Assembly: GCA_964620905.1 (NCBI GenBank)
Contig: CAZUKA010000002.1
Coordinates: 121,154-185,153, forward strand
Direction: 5' to 3'
Length of the DNA: 64,000 bases
Source: an uncultured Gammaproteobacteria bacterium
GTDB taxonomy: Bacteria > Patescibacteriota > Patescibacteriia > S139-126
Positions 46,849 through 57,197 of the stretch are shown here, piece after piece. Numbering within the stretch: the first letter of the stretch is position 1; each line of letters begins with the position of its first letter. The translations under genes and the position numbers were made by a program. The notes beneath the pieces are model-generated. The model was not told where the DNA came from. It was given only the letters and a program-made list of their open reading frames with translations, and ran no database searches.

Positions 46849-47415
46849 ATGGAAATCATTCAAAAGAAATCACCAAACTTCTGGGTCGGTCGCAAAGGTT
46901 ACCGGCCGGAGGGCGTGGTCATCCACATCATGGACGGCACACTCATCGGCACCGATTCATGGTTCGCAAATCCCTCATCGCAAGTAAGCGCGCATTACGG
47001 AATCGGGAAAAATGGCGAAGTCCACCAATATGTGCAAGAAAACGATTCCGCCTGGCACGCCGGTCGTGTCGATGCACCTCTCTGGAAGCTTATAAAACCG
47101 AATGTGAACCCGAACCTGTACACGATCGGGATCGAACACGAGGGTAAGCCAAACGATGTATGGACTGACTCTATGAAGCAATCAAGTGCAACCTTGATCC
47201 GAGAAATTTGCCAGCGATGGCAGATTCCAATCGACCGGAATCACATCGTTGGCCACTTTGAGATCTTCTCAAAGAAACCAAACTGTCCGGCAAGCAACAA
47301 ACAGATTCTCGACGAACTGGTAGACCTTGCCGGCCAACAGACGACCAATCCCTCTATCGAGGATGGTGTGAGGAAAATCGAGGAAGGATTGGAAATTATT
47401 AAGCGAGCATTTTAA
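46849..47415 (+). CDS. N-acetylmuramoyl-L-alanine amidase (amidase_2/PGRP-type endolysin)
   Basis: GVVIHIMDG...SAHYGIGKNGEVHQYV...AWHAG...GIEHEG...HF match amidase_2 zinc-site motifs. Confidence 0.85.
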   Translation: MEIIQKKSPNFWVGRKGYRPEGVVIHIMDGTLIGTDSWFANPSSQVSAHYGIGKNGEVHQYVQENDSAWHAGRVDAPLWKLIKPNVNPNLYTIGIEHEGKPNDVWTDSMKQSSATLIREICQRWQIPIDRNHIVGHFEIFSKKPNCPASNKQILDELVDLAGQQTTNPSIEDGVRKIEEGLEIIKRAF

Positions 47416-47420
47416 CCACT

Positions 47421-47630
47421 ATGACAACACCACAAAAAGAAGCCCTGAAGCACCTTGCAATCGTGTTCTTTTACTCCGCAGTATCAGCAATCCTGCCGAT
47501 ACTGATAGCCTATGCCGAGAATGACCCTCGTTGGGCATTATTGATCCCGGTGATCAATGCTGGGTGGTATTCGGTAACCCGATACCTCAAAGAACAGAGA
47601 TTGATCGAGGATGCCCGAGGGGAGGAATAA
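47421..47630 (+). CDS. holin-like small membrane protein
   Basis: 69 aa with two TM helices, immediately after the endolysin. Confidence 0.5.
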   Translation: MTTPQKEALKHLAIVFFYSAVSAILPILIAYAENDPRWALLIPVINAGWYSVTRYLKEQRLIEDARGEE

Positions 47631-47984
47631 TCGCTAAAGCTTGCGGAAATCCGGTCCTAGTAGACCTTCTGTGCGAAAGCCGGAACGTCAAAATAGGCCG
47701 GATTTTCCTTGTGAATTCTTCGTAATTCACGTACAATTCTATCTATACGATTGAAAGAAACTGTTGTTCTAGGCCGTGTAATCGGTTCAAAGTTCCGCCA
47801 ATCGTCACCGCCATTCCTAAATTTGTGAAGTTAGTCACGAATTTAGGAATGGTGAATGCGGATGTTGGGATTCGAACGGGCAGGAATGAGCAAGTCCCGA
47901 CAAGGTCGGGACGCAGCGAGATGACATTGAATGTCCGGTGGACATTCAATGCTGCCCAGGGCAAGGAGCTGAAAGATCCGCGGA

Positions 47985-48013
47985 AATCCCTCCCTCTCCG
48001 CCAGATTAGCAAC
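47985..48013 (+). repeat. attR direct repeat (copy of the tRNA-Ser 3' end)
   Basis: aatccctccctctccgccagatt(A)gcaac. GC-rich phage DNA lies to the left and AT-rich host DNA to the right. Confidence 0.8.
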
Positions 48014-48046
48014 CTTTATTTCATTAAAGGTTTTAATTTTACCGTT

Positions 48047-48613
48047 ATGAAGAATATTACCAAAAGACAGATAGTGTGGTTTGTTATATTAGTACTTATA
48101 TTATTAATACTTTTAATAATACAGTTTAAACCATTTGTCGGTGAAGTGCAGTGGAATGAGGTTTTTGCTTATAGTATTATGCTTTTGGTGGTTGGAGGTG
48201 CTTATGAATTGTGGCAATGGTTAAAAAAACAAAATAAGATGTATCGCTTTGCTTTTAGCATCGGACTTATGAGTATAATTTTTCTTGGTTGGGTAAGCGG
48301 TGCAGTTGGTATTATTGGAAGTGAAAATAATCCAGTTAATTTGATGTATTGGGCGGTGCCAACTGTTATGATTATTGGGTCATTTGTTTCGCGTTTTAGG
48401 TCAAAAGGGATGTCATATACACTATTTAGCACAGCACTAGTTCAATTTTTAGTTCCTGTAATGGCATTGATTATTTCCTCCGAAGTATCTTGGGGCAATG
48501 CTGGTGTCATTGGTGTATTTATAATTAATTTTATATTTGTTACCCTTTTTGCTGGATCATCCTGGTTGTTTCGTCAATCAAGCTATTTTGATTCTAAGAT
48601 TGGCTACAAATAA
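48047..48613 (+). CDS. polytopic membrane protein, hypothetical
   Basis: About 188 aa from the Met at 48047, five or six TM helices, AT-rich. The track ORF 47825..48613 crosses attR and is too long. Confidence 0.5.
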   Translation: MKNITKRQIVWFVILVLILLILLIIQFKPFVGEVQWNEVFAYSIMLLVVGGAYELWQWLKKQNKMYRFAFSIGLMSIIFLGWVSGAVGIIGSENNPVNLMYWAVPTVMIIGSFVSRFRSKGMSYTLFSTALVQFLVPVMALIISSEVSWGNAGVIGVFIINFIFVTLFAGSSWLFRQSSYFDSKIGYK

Positions 48614-48751
48614 ATTTCGAAAAGAAAAATTATATTATAAATAAATTCAGTTTGTTTGAAAATTTTCATAAACTCGAGTTATATGTGCTAAGTGGTAATG
48701 ACTTAGATTTTAGTTTTCTTAGACAAGAGTACAAAAATAAAGTTAGTATTT

Positions 48752-49411
48752 TTAGTTTTTTGCCAGCACCAGTCCGATGACTTTGTTGGCACCGTTTTGT
48801 CGCAGTACTTTAGCTGCTTCATTTAAACTCGCGCCAGTAGTGACAACATCATCTACTAATAATATTTTTTTGCCAATGATTTTTTCTTTGTTGGCAACTG
48901 AAAAAACACCGCTAATATTTTTTTGTCTCTGGTGCATATTCAATTTTGTTTGGTGTTTGTTGTATCTATGTCTAATCAATGCGTTGGTAATTAGTTTTGT
49001 TTGTAACCAAACACTAATTTCTGTAGCTAAAATTTCACTTTGATTAAAACCTCTTTCCAAATACCGTCGGTGGTGCAGGGGAATAGGTACAATAACAAAA
49101 TTTTGCAAACTTTTTGTTAATTTGTTTTTTTTGATATAAGTTACTGCTAAAGTAGCTAGTATGTTTCCCAAGTGTTGTTGATAGTGAAATTTATATAGGT
49201 CAATCAATCTGGCCAAAACATTATAATTGTAAAAACTGGCGATATGTACCTGATCAAGATAGTCTTGATAGCGGATTTTTTCTGGTGGTTGGCTGGGTCT
49301 AATAGGAATTTTTTTTAAACATTCCGGGCAGATGAACTCTCCCAGACTATTACAAGACAAACACTCTTTGGGGAAAAAGAGTGTCTGTAAGAAAGATAAT
49401 ATTTTTTTCAT
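48752..49411 (-). CDS. comFC: ComF family protein (phosphoribosyltransferase domain)
   Basis: N-terminal Cys4 zinc finger (CLSCNS...CPEC) and PRTase motif ILLVDDVVTTGASL. Confidence 0.8.
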   Translation of the reverse strand: MKKILSFLQTLFFPKECLSCNSLGEFICPECLKKIPIRPSQPPEKIRYQDYLDQVHIASFYNYNVLARLIDLYKFHYQQHLGNILATLAVTYIKKNKLTKSLQNFVIVPIPLHHRRYLERGFNQSEILATEISVWLQTKLITNALIRHRYNKHQTKLNMHQRQKNISGVFSVANKEKIIGKKILLVDDVVTTGASLNEAAKVLRQNGANKVIGLVLAKN

Positions 49412-49419
49412 ACTATCGA

Positions 49420-51942
49420 TTAGCTAACCACCAATTTTTTTTGTCGCACCGAAAGTTTAAAAGATTTTTTTAGGGAGTTTTTCAAGAAAGCATCGGCTAA
49501 CGGTTGATCAACATATTTTTCTATATTACGTCTGATTTCGCGCGCGCCTTTATTGATGGCAATGCTTGTTTGTGCTAGCCAAGTTATAGCTGTTGGAGAT
49601 ATATCCAGTTTTAGGCCACGCTTTGCCAAGTTGGTGGCCAATTCAGCAAGTTGTAACCTGACGATTTTTTTCAAACTGTTTTTATCCAAAGCGTTGAAGA
49701 CCAATATTCGATCTAAGCGATTTAAAAGTTCTGGTTTGAATTCTTGTTCTAATTCTTGGATTACTTGTAGTTTTATTTGTTCGGCTGTGAATTTTTGCCC
49801 AACTTTATTTTGGCTGAAACCAAAAGACAAAGCATTACTAAATTTGTCCGAGGCAAGATTGGAAGTCATGATAATAATGGTGTGTTTAAAATTTATTTTT
49901 CTCCCCTCGGCATCTGTTATGTGACCTTCATCTAAAATTTGTAACAACAGATTGAAAACATCCGGATGACCTTTCTCTATTTCATCAAATAATACAACAC
50001 TGTATGGTCGGCGTCTGACTGCATCAGTGATTTTTCCGCCTTCTTTGTAACCAACATAACCTGCCGGAGCGCCTATTAGTTTGGAAATATTGAAGCTTTC
50101 GGCAAATTCTGACATATCGATTCTGATCAATGATTGCTGATTACCAAAATATTCTTGTGCCAAACGTTTTGCTAGTTCTGTTTTTCCAACGCCCGAGGGG
50201 CCCAAGAATAAAAAGCTACCAATCGGACGATTTGGATTGTTTAGACCAATTTGAGCTTTTTTGATAATAGCACAAACCGAGGCGATTGCTTCACTTTGAC
50301 CGATGATGTGCTGATTTAATTTTTTTTCTAAATTATAAATTCTTTGATCGTTTTGTTGATTGAGATAAGACAAGGGAATACTGGTAATTTGCGCTACCAC
50401 CTGACTAATTTCATTGGCATCGATAGGGGGTTTGACTGGGGGATTTTGTTTTAATCGATTTTCAATTTTGGTAATTTCTTGTTTTAATTTTTTTTCTGAC
50501 TCTTTTAGACTAATGGCCAAATCATAGTTTTCTTCTTTGATAGTTTGATATTTTTGTTTATTGATCCGTTTAATTTCATCATGCAGGATCATAAGTTTTT
50601 TCTGACTGAGATTGGGTTTGTATTTAATTTTTGCTCGACTAGCAGCTTCATCTATCAAGTCGATTGCCTTGTCTGGTAAAAATTTTTCCGGTTGATAACG
50701 GATAGATAGATCAACTGCTAACAAAATAGCTTCATCACTTATTTTTACTTGGTGATAATTTTCATAATATTGGCGTAGACCTTTGAGAATATTGATGGTT
50801 TGTTCTCGGGAAGGCTCGTTGATTTGAATTGTTTGAAATCTGCGTTCCAGTGCTGGGTCAGATTCTATGTATTTACGGTATTCGTTCATAGTGGTGGCAC
50901 CAATACATCTGATTTCTCCTCGGGCGAGCGCGGGTTTTATAATATTGGCAGCATCCATAGTGCCACCGGTAGTAGAACCAGCGCCGATAATATTGTGAAG
51001 TTCGTCAATAAAAATTATTATATTTGGGTCTTGTTTTATTTCCTCTAAAATATTTTTCAGTCTTGCCTCAAATTCTCCCCGGTACATAGTACCTGCTAGC
51101 ATTAATCCTAGATCAAGATTAAGTATTTTTTTATTTTTTAATATTTCCGGCACATCATTTTGTACAATTTTCTTAGCCAGTCCTTCAACAATAGCAGTTT
51201 TGCCCACACCCGGATCACCCAATAGCAAAGGATTGTTTTTGTGACGCCGCGACAGAATTTGAATTAAACGTTCAATCTCTGATTGGCGACCAATGACCGG
51301 GTCAATTTTTTGTTGGATTTCCTCACTGGTCAGATCAATAGAAAAAAGTTCTAGTAGACTTTTTTCCCGGGTAATATTTTTTTGTTCTAAATTTTTATCC
51401 TCCTGCCAGGTGGGGTTGAATACTTCGGAAAAAACGTCGGTAATATCGGAAAAATTTGAAGTTGAGTTTAAAATAGTTTCTAGATTTTCTTGTAAGCGTA
51501 TTAGAGGTATATTTTTTTCCTGAAATAGTTGACTAATTTTTTCATCGGGTAGGAGAATAATAGCCAGTAGTAAATGTTCTGTGCCGACATAAAGATGCCG
51601 GTATTCAAAGGCCAGATTCAACATTTTGGTAATAATTTTTTGAGCAGCAGCAGAAAGTTCCAAAGTGATTATATTGTGATTGCTCATTCCTTCAACCAGT
51701 TTGTGATTTTCGCTTAAACCGTTTTTGTGTAATATTTCCGCCGCCAGGCTCCCAGGTTGTTTCAAAATGCCTTGCAGTAGATGAATTGGTTCCACGGCAT
51801 TTAAATTTTCCTGTTTAGCCAAAAAACCAGCAATCTTCAAAGCATTTTTTAAATGTTTAGTAAATTTATTAAATATATCGGCATTGATCATAAATAAATA
51901 TTTTAGTATAGAGATTATACGACAGATAACTGCATCTGGCAA
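49420..51942 (-). CDS. Clp/Hsp100 AAA+ chaperone (ClpC/ClpB-like)
   Basis: Clp_N repeats, two AAA modules (GDPGVGKT and GPSGVGKT) and a short coiled-coil linker. Confidence 0.88.
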   Translation of the reverse strand: MPDAVICRIISILKYLFMINADIFNKFTKHLKNALKIAGFLAKQENLNAVEPIHLLQGILKQPGSLAAEILHKNGLSENHKLVEGMSNHNIITLELSAAAQKIITKMLNLAFEYRHLYVGTEHLLLAIILLPDEKISQLFQEKNIPLIRLQENLETILNSTSNFSDITDVFSEVFNPTWQEDKNLEQKNITREKSLLELFSIDLTSEEIQQKIDPVIGRQSEIERLIQILSRRHKNNPLLLGDPGVGKTAIVEGLAKKIVQNDVPEILKNKKILNLDLGLMLAGTMYRGEFEARLKNILEEIKQDPNIIIFIDELHNIIGAGSTTGGTMDAANIIKPALARGEIRCIGATTMNEYRKYIESDPALERRFQTIQINEPSREQTINILKGLRQYYENYHQVKISDEAILLAVDLSIRYQPEKFLPDKAIDLIDEAASRAKIKYKPNLSQKKLMILHDEIKRINKQKYQTIKEENYDLAISLKESEKKLKQEITKIENRLKQNPPVKPPIDANEISQVVAQITSIPLSYLNQQNDQRIYNLEKKLNQHIIGQSEAIASVCAIIKKAQIGLNNPNRPIGSFLFLGPSGVGKTELAKRLAQEYFGNQQSLIRIDMSEFAESFNISKLIGAPAGYVGYKEGGKITDAVRRRPYSVVLFDEIEKGHPDVFNLLLQILDEGHITDAEGRKINFKHTIIIMTSNLASDKFSNALSFGFSQNKVGQKFTAEQIKLQVIQELEQEFKPELLNRLDRILVFNALDKNSLKKIVRLQLAELATNLAKRGLKLDISPTAITWLAQTSIAINKGAREIRRNIEKYVDQPLADAFLKNSLKKSFKLSVRQKKLVVS

Positions 51943-52038
51943 CCCGGGGAAAGCAAAATAGTTAGAACGGTTTTAATATTCTGAAGAGATAAAATCTAAA
52001 AACTAATCCCAGTTCGTTTTGGGCGGAGCGAGAATAAT

Positions 52039-52947
52039 TTATTGAGAGACTGGTCGGGCCATTTTGCGTAAAGCCGCGATTCTTTCTTCAATTGGTGGAT
52101 GAGTAGAAAAATATTTGGTAAAATTTTTGCCTTGCAAGGGATTGGCGATATACAGATGAGCCGTGGCTTTATTACTACGTCCGATTTGAGCATGAGTTGA
52201 TATTTTTTCTAAAGCCCGTGCCAAGCCTTCGGGATAACGGGTGAGCAGTGCTCCGGAAGCATCGGCTAAAAATTCTCTTTTTCGAGAAATTGCTAGTTTT
52301 ATAAGTTCGGCAAATATTGGCGATAAAATTGCCAGGATCAGTCCAACCAAAGCAAAAACGGCCGTATTGTTTTGTCGATGATTTGAATCACGAAAAAAAT
52401 TGAAACGGATAAACCAATCAGCTAGCAAGGTAATAGTACCAACCAGTACAATCACCAGCATCATGAGTCTAATATCAAAATTTTTAATATGTGATAGTTC
52501 ATGGGCAATTACTCCTTCGAGTTCTTCATTTTCCAATCCCTCAATAATTCCAGTGGTTAGAGCAATAGATGAATGTTTAGGATCGCGCCCAGTAGCAAAA
52601 GCGTTTAACGCTGGGTCTTTGATGAGGTAGATTTTAGGCATCGGTATTCCGGCTGTGATTGAAAGGTTTTCAACCAACCGAAAAACATAAGGGTTTTGTT
52701 CTTGGCTAATCGGTCCAATTGCCCCGGCGGTTTTGAGGGCTATTTTATCTCCCTGGTAGTAGCTGATTAGAGTCATAAGTACAGTAATAATAACTGCTAT
52801 GATAAGCCCATTGTAGCCATAACCAGTTGCTTGACCAATAACATAACCCAAAAAGATTACCAAAATAGTAAAAATAGTAATCAAAAGCACACTTTTTCTT
52901 TTATTGGAATCAATTTGGGAATACATAAATATAAAATCAAAATGCAA
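52039..52947 (-). CDS. htpX: M48 zinc metalloprotease HtpX
   Basis: Four TM helices and HELSHIKN (HExxH). Confidence 0.85.
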   Translation of the reverse strand: MHFDFIFMYSQIDSNKRKSVLLITIFTILVIFLGYVIGQATGYGYNGLIIAVIITVLMTLISYYQGDKIALKTAGAIGPISQEQNPYVFRLVENLSITAGIPMPKIYLIKDPALNAFATGRDPKHSSIALTTGIIEGLENEELEGVIAHELSHIKNFDIRLMMLVIVLVGTITLLADWFIRFNFFRDSNHRQNNTAVFALVGLILAILSPIFAELIKLAISRKREFLADASGALLTRYPEGLARALEKISTHAQIGRSNKATAHLYIANPLQGKNFTKYFSTHPPIEERIAALRKMARPVSQ

Positions 52948-52988
52948 AAATCAAAATGCAAAATTTAATTTAATTTTAGTAATTTTAT

Positions 52989-53543
52989 TCAGAATTGGAC
53001 TTTGACGTTTTCACGTTCTTGCGCTTCGGCAATTTCAAAAAATTCTCGTGCTTTAAAGCCCAAGGAATTAGCAATTAGATTGTTGGGAAAAACTTGAATT
53101 TTGGTATTGAAGTCACGTACCATACCATTGTAAAAACGTCTGGCAGCTTGGATTTTATTTTCTGTGTCAGATAATTCGTCTTGCAATTTAGCAAAGTTTT
53201 CACTGGCTCGCAGTTGCGGATAGTTTTCTGCTACGGCAAATAGCGACTTCAAAGTATTAGATAACATATTTTCTGCTTCTGCTTTGTCAGCTAGTGAGCC
53301 GGCTTGCATGGCTTTGCTCCTAGCTTCGGTAACTTTGGTAAAGAGTTCTTTTTCGTGGGCAGCATAACCCTTGACAGTTTCCACCAGATTGGGAATTAAG
53401 TCATAACGTCTTTTTAGTTGAACATCTATATCACTCCAAGCCTCATCAACTCGGTTTTTCAAACGAATCAGTCCATTGTAAACAGCAATCAGCCACAGGA
53501 CAACCGCTCCCAAAATGATAAATAAAATAGTTGTTGTTTGCAT
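52989..53543 (-). CDS. lemA: LemA family protein
   Basis: N-terminal TM plus LemA-typical YNGLIRLKNRVDEAWSDIDVQLKRRYDLIPNLV. Confidence 0.85.
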   Translation of the reverse strand: MQTTTILFIILGAVVLWLIAVYNGLIRLKNRVDEAWSDIDVQLKRRYDLIPNLVETVKGYAAHEKELFTKVTEARSKAMQAGSLADKAEAENMLSNTLKSLFAVAENYPQLRASENFAKLQDELSDTENKIQAARRFYNGMVRDFNTKIQVFPNNLIANSLGFKAREFFEIAEAQERENVKVQF

Positions 53544-53556
53544 AATTTTTAATTAA

Positions 53557-54153
53557 TTATTTAGTTAGAAAATGAGTGGTTTCTATTTCCAAGGCAGTAA
53601 AAGAATCACTGTTTATTTTTTGTTGTGCCTTGATGCTGACATTGTCATCAATTCGCAGATCATTGATGGTGCCAGGTACGGTTTTTATTTCCGCCGGACC
53701 AACTTGGTCAGCTTTTTCATAAATGTTATTTACTTGAATGTCAGTTTCGTTGGTGATTTTAACTTCATATATTTTTTCCTCAAAGGTCATATTTAAAAAT
53801 GATATGATTGATTTTTCTTTATCAATCCCAATTATTCTTCCTTGGCGATTGAAAGCCGGAGAAATTCGTTCATCAGCTAAAATAATTTCATTGAGCAATG
53901 TTTCTGGTAGATCAAACTCATCTAGATCAGTATTGGGAGCAATTTGTTCAATAAGAATTTGTTTTTCGGTTTTTTCCGTTTCAGTGTCTGTTTCCAGGTT
54001 TACTGTGTCGGTTTTATCGGTTGTGGCAGGTGGAGTTGCCGGTGCAAAAAGACCGAGATTATTTTTATACCAAGCTAAAAATATTATCAAAATAACTAAG
54101 CAAAAAACCAAAATACCACTGGCTATAATGACTTTTTTTTGTTTGGCTTCCAT
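53557..54153 (-). CDS. membrane-anchored hypothetical protein
   Basis: 198 aa with an N-terminal TM. Co-directional with lemA and htpX. Confidence 0.5.
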   Translation of the reverse strand: MEAKQKKVIIASGILVFCLVILIIFLAWYKNNLGLFAPATPPATTDKTDTVNLETDTETEKTEKQILIEQIAPNTDLDEFDLPETLLNEIILADERISPAFNRQGRIIGIDKEKSIISFLNMTFEEKIYEVKITNETDIQVNNIYEKADQVGPAEIKTVPGTINDLRIDDNVSIKAQQKINSDSFTALEIETTHFLTK

Positions 54154-54216
54154 AGAGATTTTTTATTTTTATATTTTTATTGTATAATTAATACCAACAG
54201 TAGTCAATTCAACCTT

Positions 54217-57078
54217 ATGTCAAAAAACAGCTTTTTTATAGGATTAATAACTTTTTTTAGTTTTTTTATTTTTTGTTTTTTTGCCCCAGAAGTTCAGGCA
54301 CAATGTTATAGCGGTAGTTGGGCACAACCAACCTGTGATCCTACCAGAGTTGATCCTGGTTCGTGCAATATTTTACCACCGCTTTTTTCCGGAGCAACTT
54401 GTGAGCAAGACACTGGCTATTTGCGAATTGACAAGTATACTACTCAAGCTAGAGATAAAACTTATCTGACAGGAGGAATTATTCAGGTAGGTGATGTAAC
54501 CGCTAATTGGAAGCCAACTAACGGTGGTTGGATTGCTGCTCAAGGACCAATTATGTCAGGGATATTTCCTCCTGCATCTCCTCCGCCAAGCGGTTATAAT
54601 TCTAGTGGTGATATTGCCGCCCAGCTTGATATCTCTGCTGGTAGTAGTTTGCAGGTAGGTGGTTCGGCTTATTTTTATGGCGTTGTAAATATGTATAATA
54701 GATTAAATGTTAGTAGTATAACAACAATATCAGGAGATCCTCGTGACGAAAATTTATTACAAGTTGTTGATGCTGGTACTGAAACAGGAAATAGTTTATA
54801 CGTTCAGCAAAGAGGTGGAAGCAGAGGAAATATTTTAGTTTTAGAAACGACTGATAGAAATACCATAGCTGTTGATTATCGGGGTTATTTTAGCGCCACG
54901 CAAGATTTTGAAATTAAACAAGGTAGGGACTCTAGTTTTCGCATTAAAAAAGAAGACGATAATACTCTATTGAATCTGGATAATGTTGGGCAGTTAACCG
55001 TTGGTACTTCAATTTTTTCTAACCCAGGTAGGATAGAGACTTATGGCGAAGTAGTTGGTCGTCGCATTACTTCTTACAATAGCCTTAATCAGCCGCGTGG
55101 TCCTATTCAAGGTGATTATTTGCCAACTAGTGGTACGTCTTGTTCTTCATTAACTACTAGTACAGTTTTATTTTTTGATAAAACTTCAAATCAGTGGGTG
55201 TGTCGTGAACCTACAGCCATGGGTGCTACTGGAAATTTACTGTCTGTCTTGCAAGCTGGGTCTGATGCTTCTAGTTTTACTGGTAACGTTTTAATAGGCG
55301 GTCCGAATCCAACTTTTATTGGTAGTAGTGGTTTTACTGGTCCTACTTTGAATATAGATGCGAATGTTAATATTACCACAGCAGACAGCGTTATAGGTAA
55401 AATAGATTTTACTGACGCTCAGAGTTCAAGTCAGGCCTTTATTCAAGTAACTCGTGGTAGTATTGGTGGCCAATCAACAAATATGGATTTTTATACTGGA
55501 AATGCTAGAGCTATGTATATTAATCATACTCAGGATATATTAATGGGAGTGACAGGTGGAAAAGTAGGTATTGATTTAGGTGGTTCCAATCCCACACTTT
55601 CGCAAAAATTGGAAGTTGGCAATCCTACTGCTGGTGAGACAGCTAGAATAAGAATTACAGATACTAATCCTAACGATAATGCCGAATTACAACTAAAATA
55701 TAATACTGGCGCTAATGACCATTGGGCGATATATGTTGCTAATAATCAAGATGATTCTTATCGTATTTGGGGCGGTGGTAGCGATAGAATGGTTATTACT
55801 CAAACTGGATTAGTTGGCTTGGGAGTAGTACCTGCCAATGCTAGATTGCATTTATTCAATCAGGGTAGTAGTGGTAATACCAGTCTAAGATTGCAGTATG
55901 ATTATACTGATTTGAATCCCAATGGTGAGAGAGACAGCGATTGGTATCTGCAAGCAAATACTACACAAGGTTCTTTTAGAGTAGTAAATAATAGTATTTC
56001 TCGATTAACTATAATGGATTCTGGCAATATTGGTATTGGTAATAATATAAACAATCCTAGTGCTAATTTGCAGGTTAATCCTTCAAATAATGTTGAGGGT
56101 GTAAAAATTGTTACCAGTAATTTTTCACCGTTGGTAGTGAGGAATAGTGGAGATACTGCTGATTTATTTCGGGTTAATCAAAATGGATATGTGGGTGTAA
56201 ATGTTACACCAACAAATGGAAGGTTACATGTGTCAGGGACTTATAGTGATGGGTGGAGTTCTGGTTTTCGACTAACTAGAACAGGTGATGCTACGGTTGA
56301 CGATGCTGATTTTCGCATTAATGTAATTGATTCTAGTACATATTTTAAAAATTTTTATTACGGTCAGAATTTTGAATTCAGAAACTCTTCAGATACTGCA
56401 GTAATGACAATAAGATCTACCAGTCCCTCAGTAATTAGTGGAAATTTTGGTGCATCAAACGGTGCAAATTGTTCTGTTGGACAAGTATTGATAAAAACTG
56501 GTGTTAGCACTTGGGCATGCGGTGCAGCTGGGAGTGATCAGGATTTGAGATCAGTTTTGTCGATCAATAATGATGCCGATGGTCAGGATATTTTAAATGT
56601 TGGAAATCTAACTGTAAATAATAAAATTACTGTAAATACCATTGACCCGGTTTATACTATTCAAGGTGAAAAATATGCTACTTATATGCCTGCTATGACC
56701 GGGGTTAAGGAAGAAACTACCGGGCTTTTTAAATTGGTATATGATCAAAAAAGTGGACTAGCGGTTTATACAGCTGATTTCAATAAACTGTCCAAAGAAT
56801 CTGATTTGTGGTTGTTTGCTCAGACTATAAATTATCAGGAAAATTTTGATCAAGTGGTAGCTTTACTTACCCCGGCTTTTGATGGTCGAGTTTGGTATGA
56901 GAAAGATGTTATTGAAAAAACTTTGACTATTTATGCCAAACCCATCAACCAGCTTTCAAAAGTGTATGAGGTATCTTACCGTTTGACTGGTCCGAGATTT
57001 GATTATGAACAATGGCCAAATACAACCGATGAGGATGTTGAAGGATTGAATTTGGATAAATTTTTGCAAGGACAATAA
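54217..57078 (+). CDS. large secreted surface protein (about 950 aa)
   Basis: Signal peptide (FFAPEVQA), Gly/Ser/Thr/Asn-rich beta-rich repeats. Start taken at the Met at 54217. Confidence 0.55.
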   Translation: MSKNSFFIGLITFFSFFIFCFFAPEVQAQCYSGSWAQPTCDPTRVDPGSCNILPPLFSGATCEQDTGYLRIDKYTTQARDKTYLTGGIIQVGDVTANWKPTNGGWIAAQGPIMSGIFPPASPPPSGYNSSGDIAAQLDISAGSSLQVGGSAYFYGVVNMYNRLNVSSITTISGDPRDENLLQVVDAGTETGNSLYVQQRGGSRGNILVLETTDRNTIAVDYRGYFSATQDFEIKQGRDSSFRIKKEDDNTLLNLDNVGQLTVGTSIFSNPGRIETYGEVVGRRITSYNSLNQPRGPIQGDYLPTSGTSCSSLTTSTVLFFDKTSNQWVCREPTAMGATGNLLSVLQAGSDASSFTGNVLIGGPNPTFIGSSGFTGPTLNIDANVNITTADSVIGKIDFTDAQSSSQAFIQVTRGSIGGQSTNMDFYTGNARAMYINHTQDILMGVTGGKVGIDLGGSNPTLSQKLEVGNPTAGETARIRITDTNPNDNAELQLKYNTGANDHWAIYVANNQDDSYRIWGGGSDRMVITQTGLVGLGVVPANARLHLFNQGSSGNTSLRLQYDYTDLNPNGERDSDWYLQANTTQGSFRVVNNSISRLTIMDSGNIGIGNNINNPSANLQVNPSNNVEGVKIVTSNFSPLVVRNSGDTADLFRVNQNGYVGVNVTPTNGRLHVSGTYSDGWSSGFRLTRTGDATVDDADFRINVIDSSTYFKNFYYGQNFEFRNSSDTAVMTIRSTSPSVISGNFGASNGANCSVGQVLIKTGVSTWACGAAGSDQDLRSVLSINNDADGQDILNVGNLTVNNKITVNTIDPVYTIQGEKYATYMPAMTGVKEETTGLFKLVYDQKSGLAVYTADFNKLSKESDLWLFAQTINYQENFDQVVALLTPAFDGRVWYEKDVIEKTLTIYAKPINQLSKVYEVSYRLTGPRFDYEQWPNTTDEDVEGLNLDKFLQGQ

Positions 57079-57197
57079 ATTTAGTTTTTTAGTTTAGATG
57101 AACCCGATTTTTTTAAAAAATCGGGTTTTGTCAACAGGTTTGCATATTTTAGAAATTGTGTTTATAATAATTTACCGCAGAGATTTTAGATAAATGG

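Larger units (their letters stand above)
8890..48013. mobile_element. integrated prophage (about 39 kb, podovirus-like gene content) in tRNA-Ser
   Basis: GC-rich block flanked by direct repeats of the tRNA 3' end. It contains a serine recombinase, a CI/Cro switch, TerS/TerL/portal/scaffold/MCP, a tailspike, a lysis cassette, and cargo and defence genes. Confidence 0.85.

Noticed and set aside
47825-48613. Track ORF spanning attR
   Set aside because: The N-terminal 74 codons translate phage and att DNA. The hydrophobic host protein starts at the Met at 48047, preceded by AT-rich host sequence.
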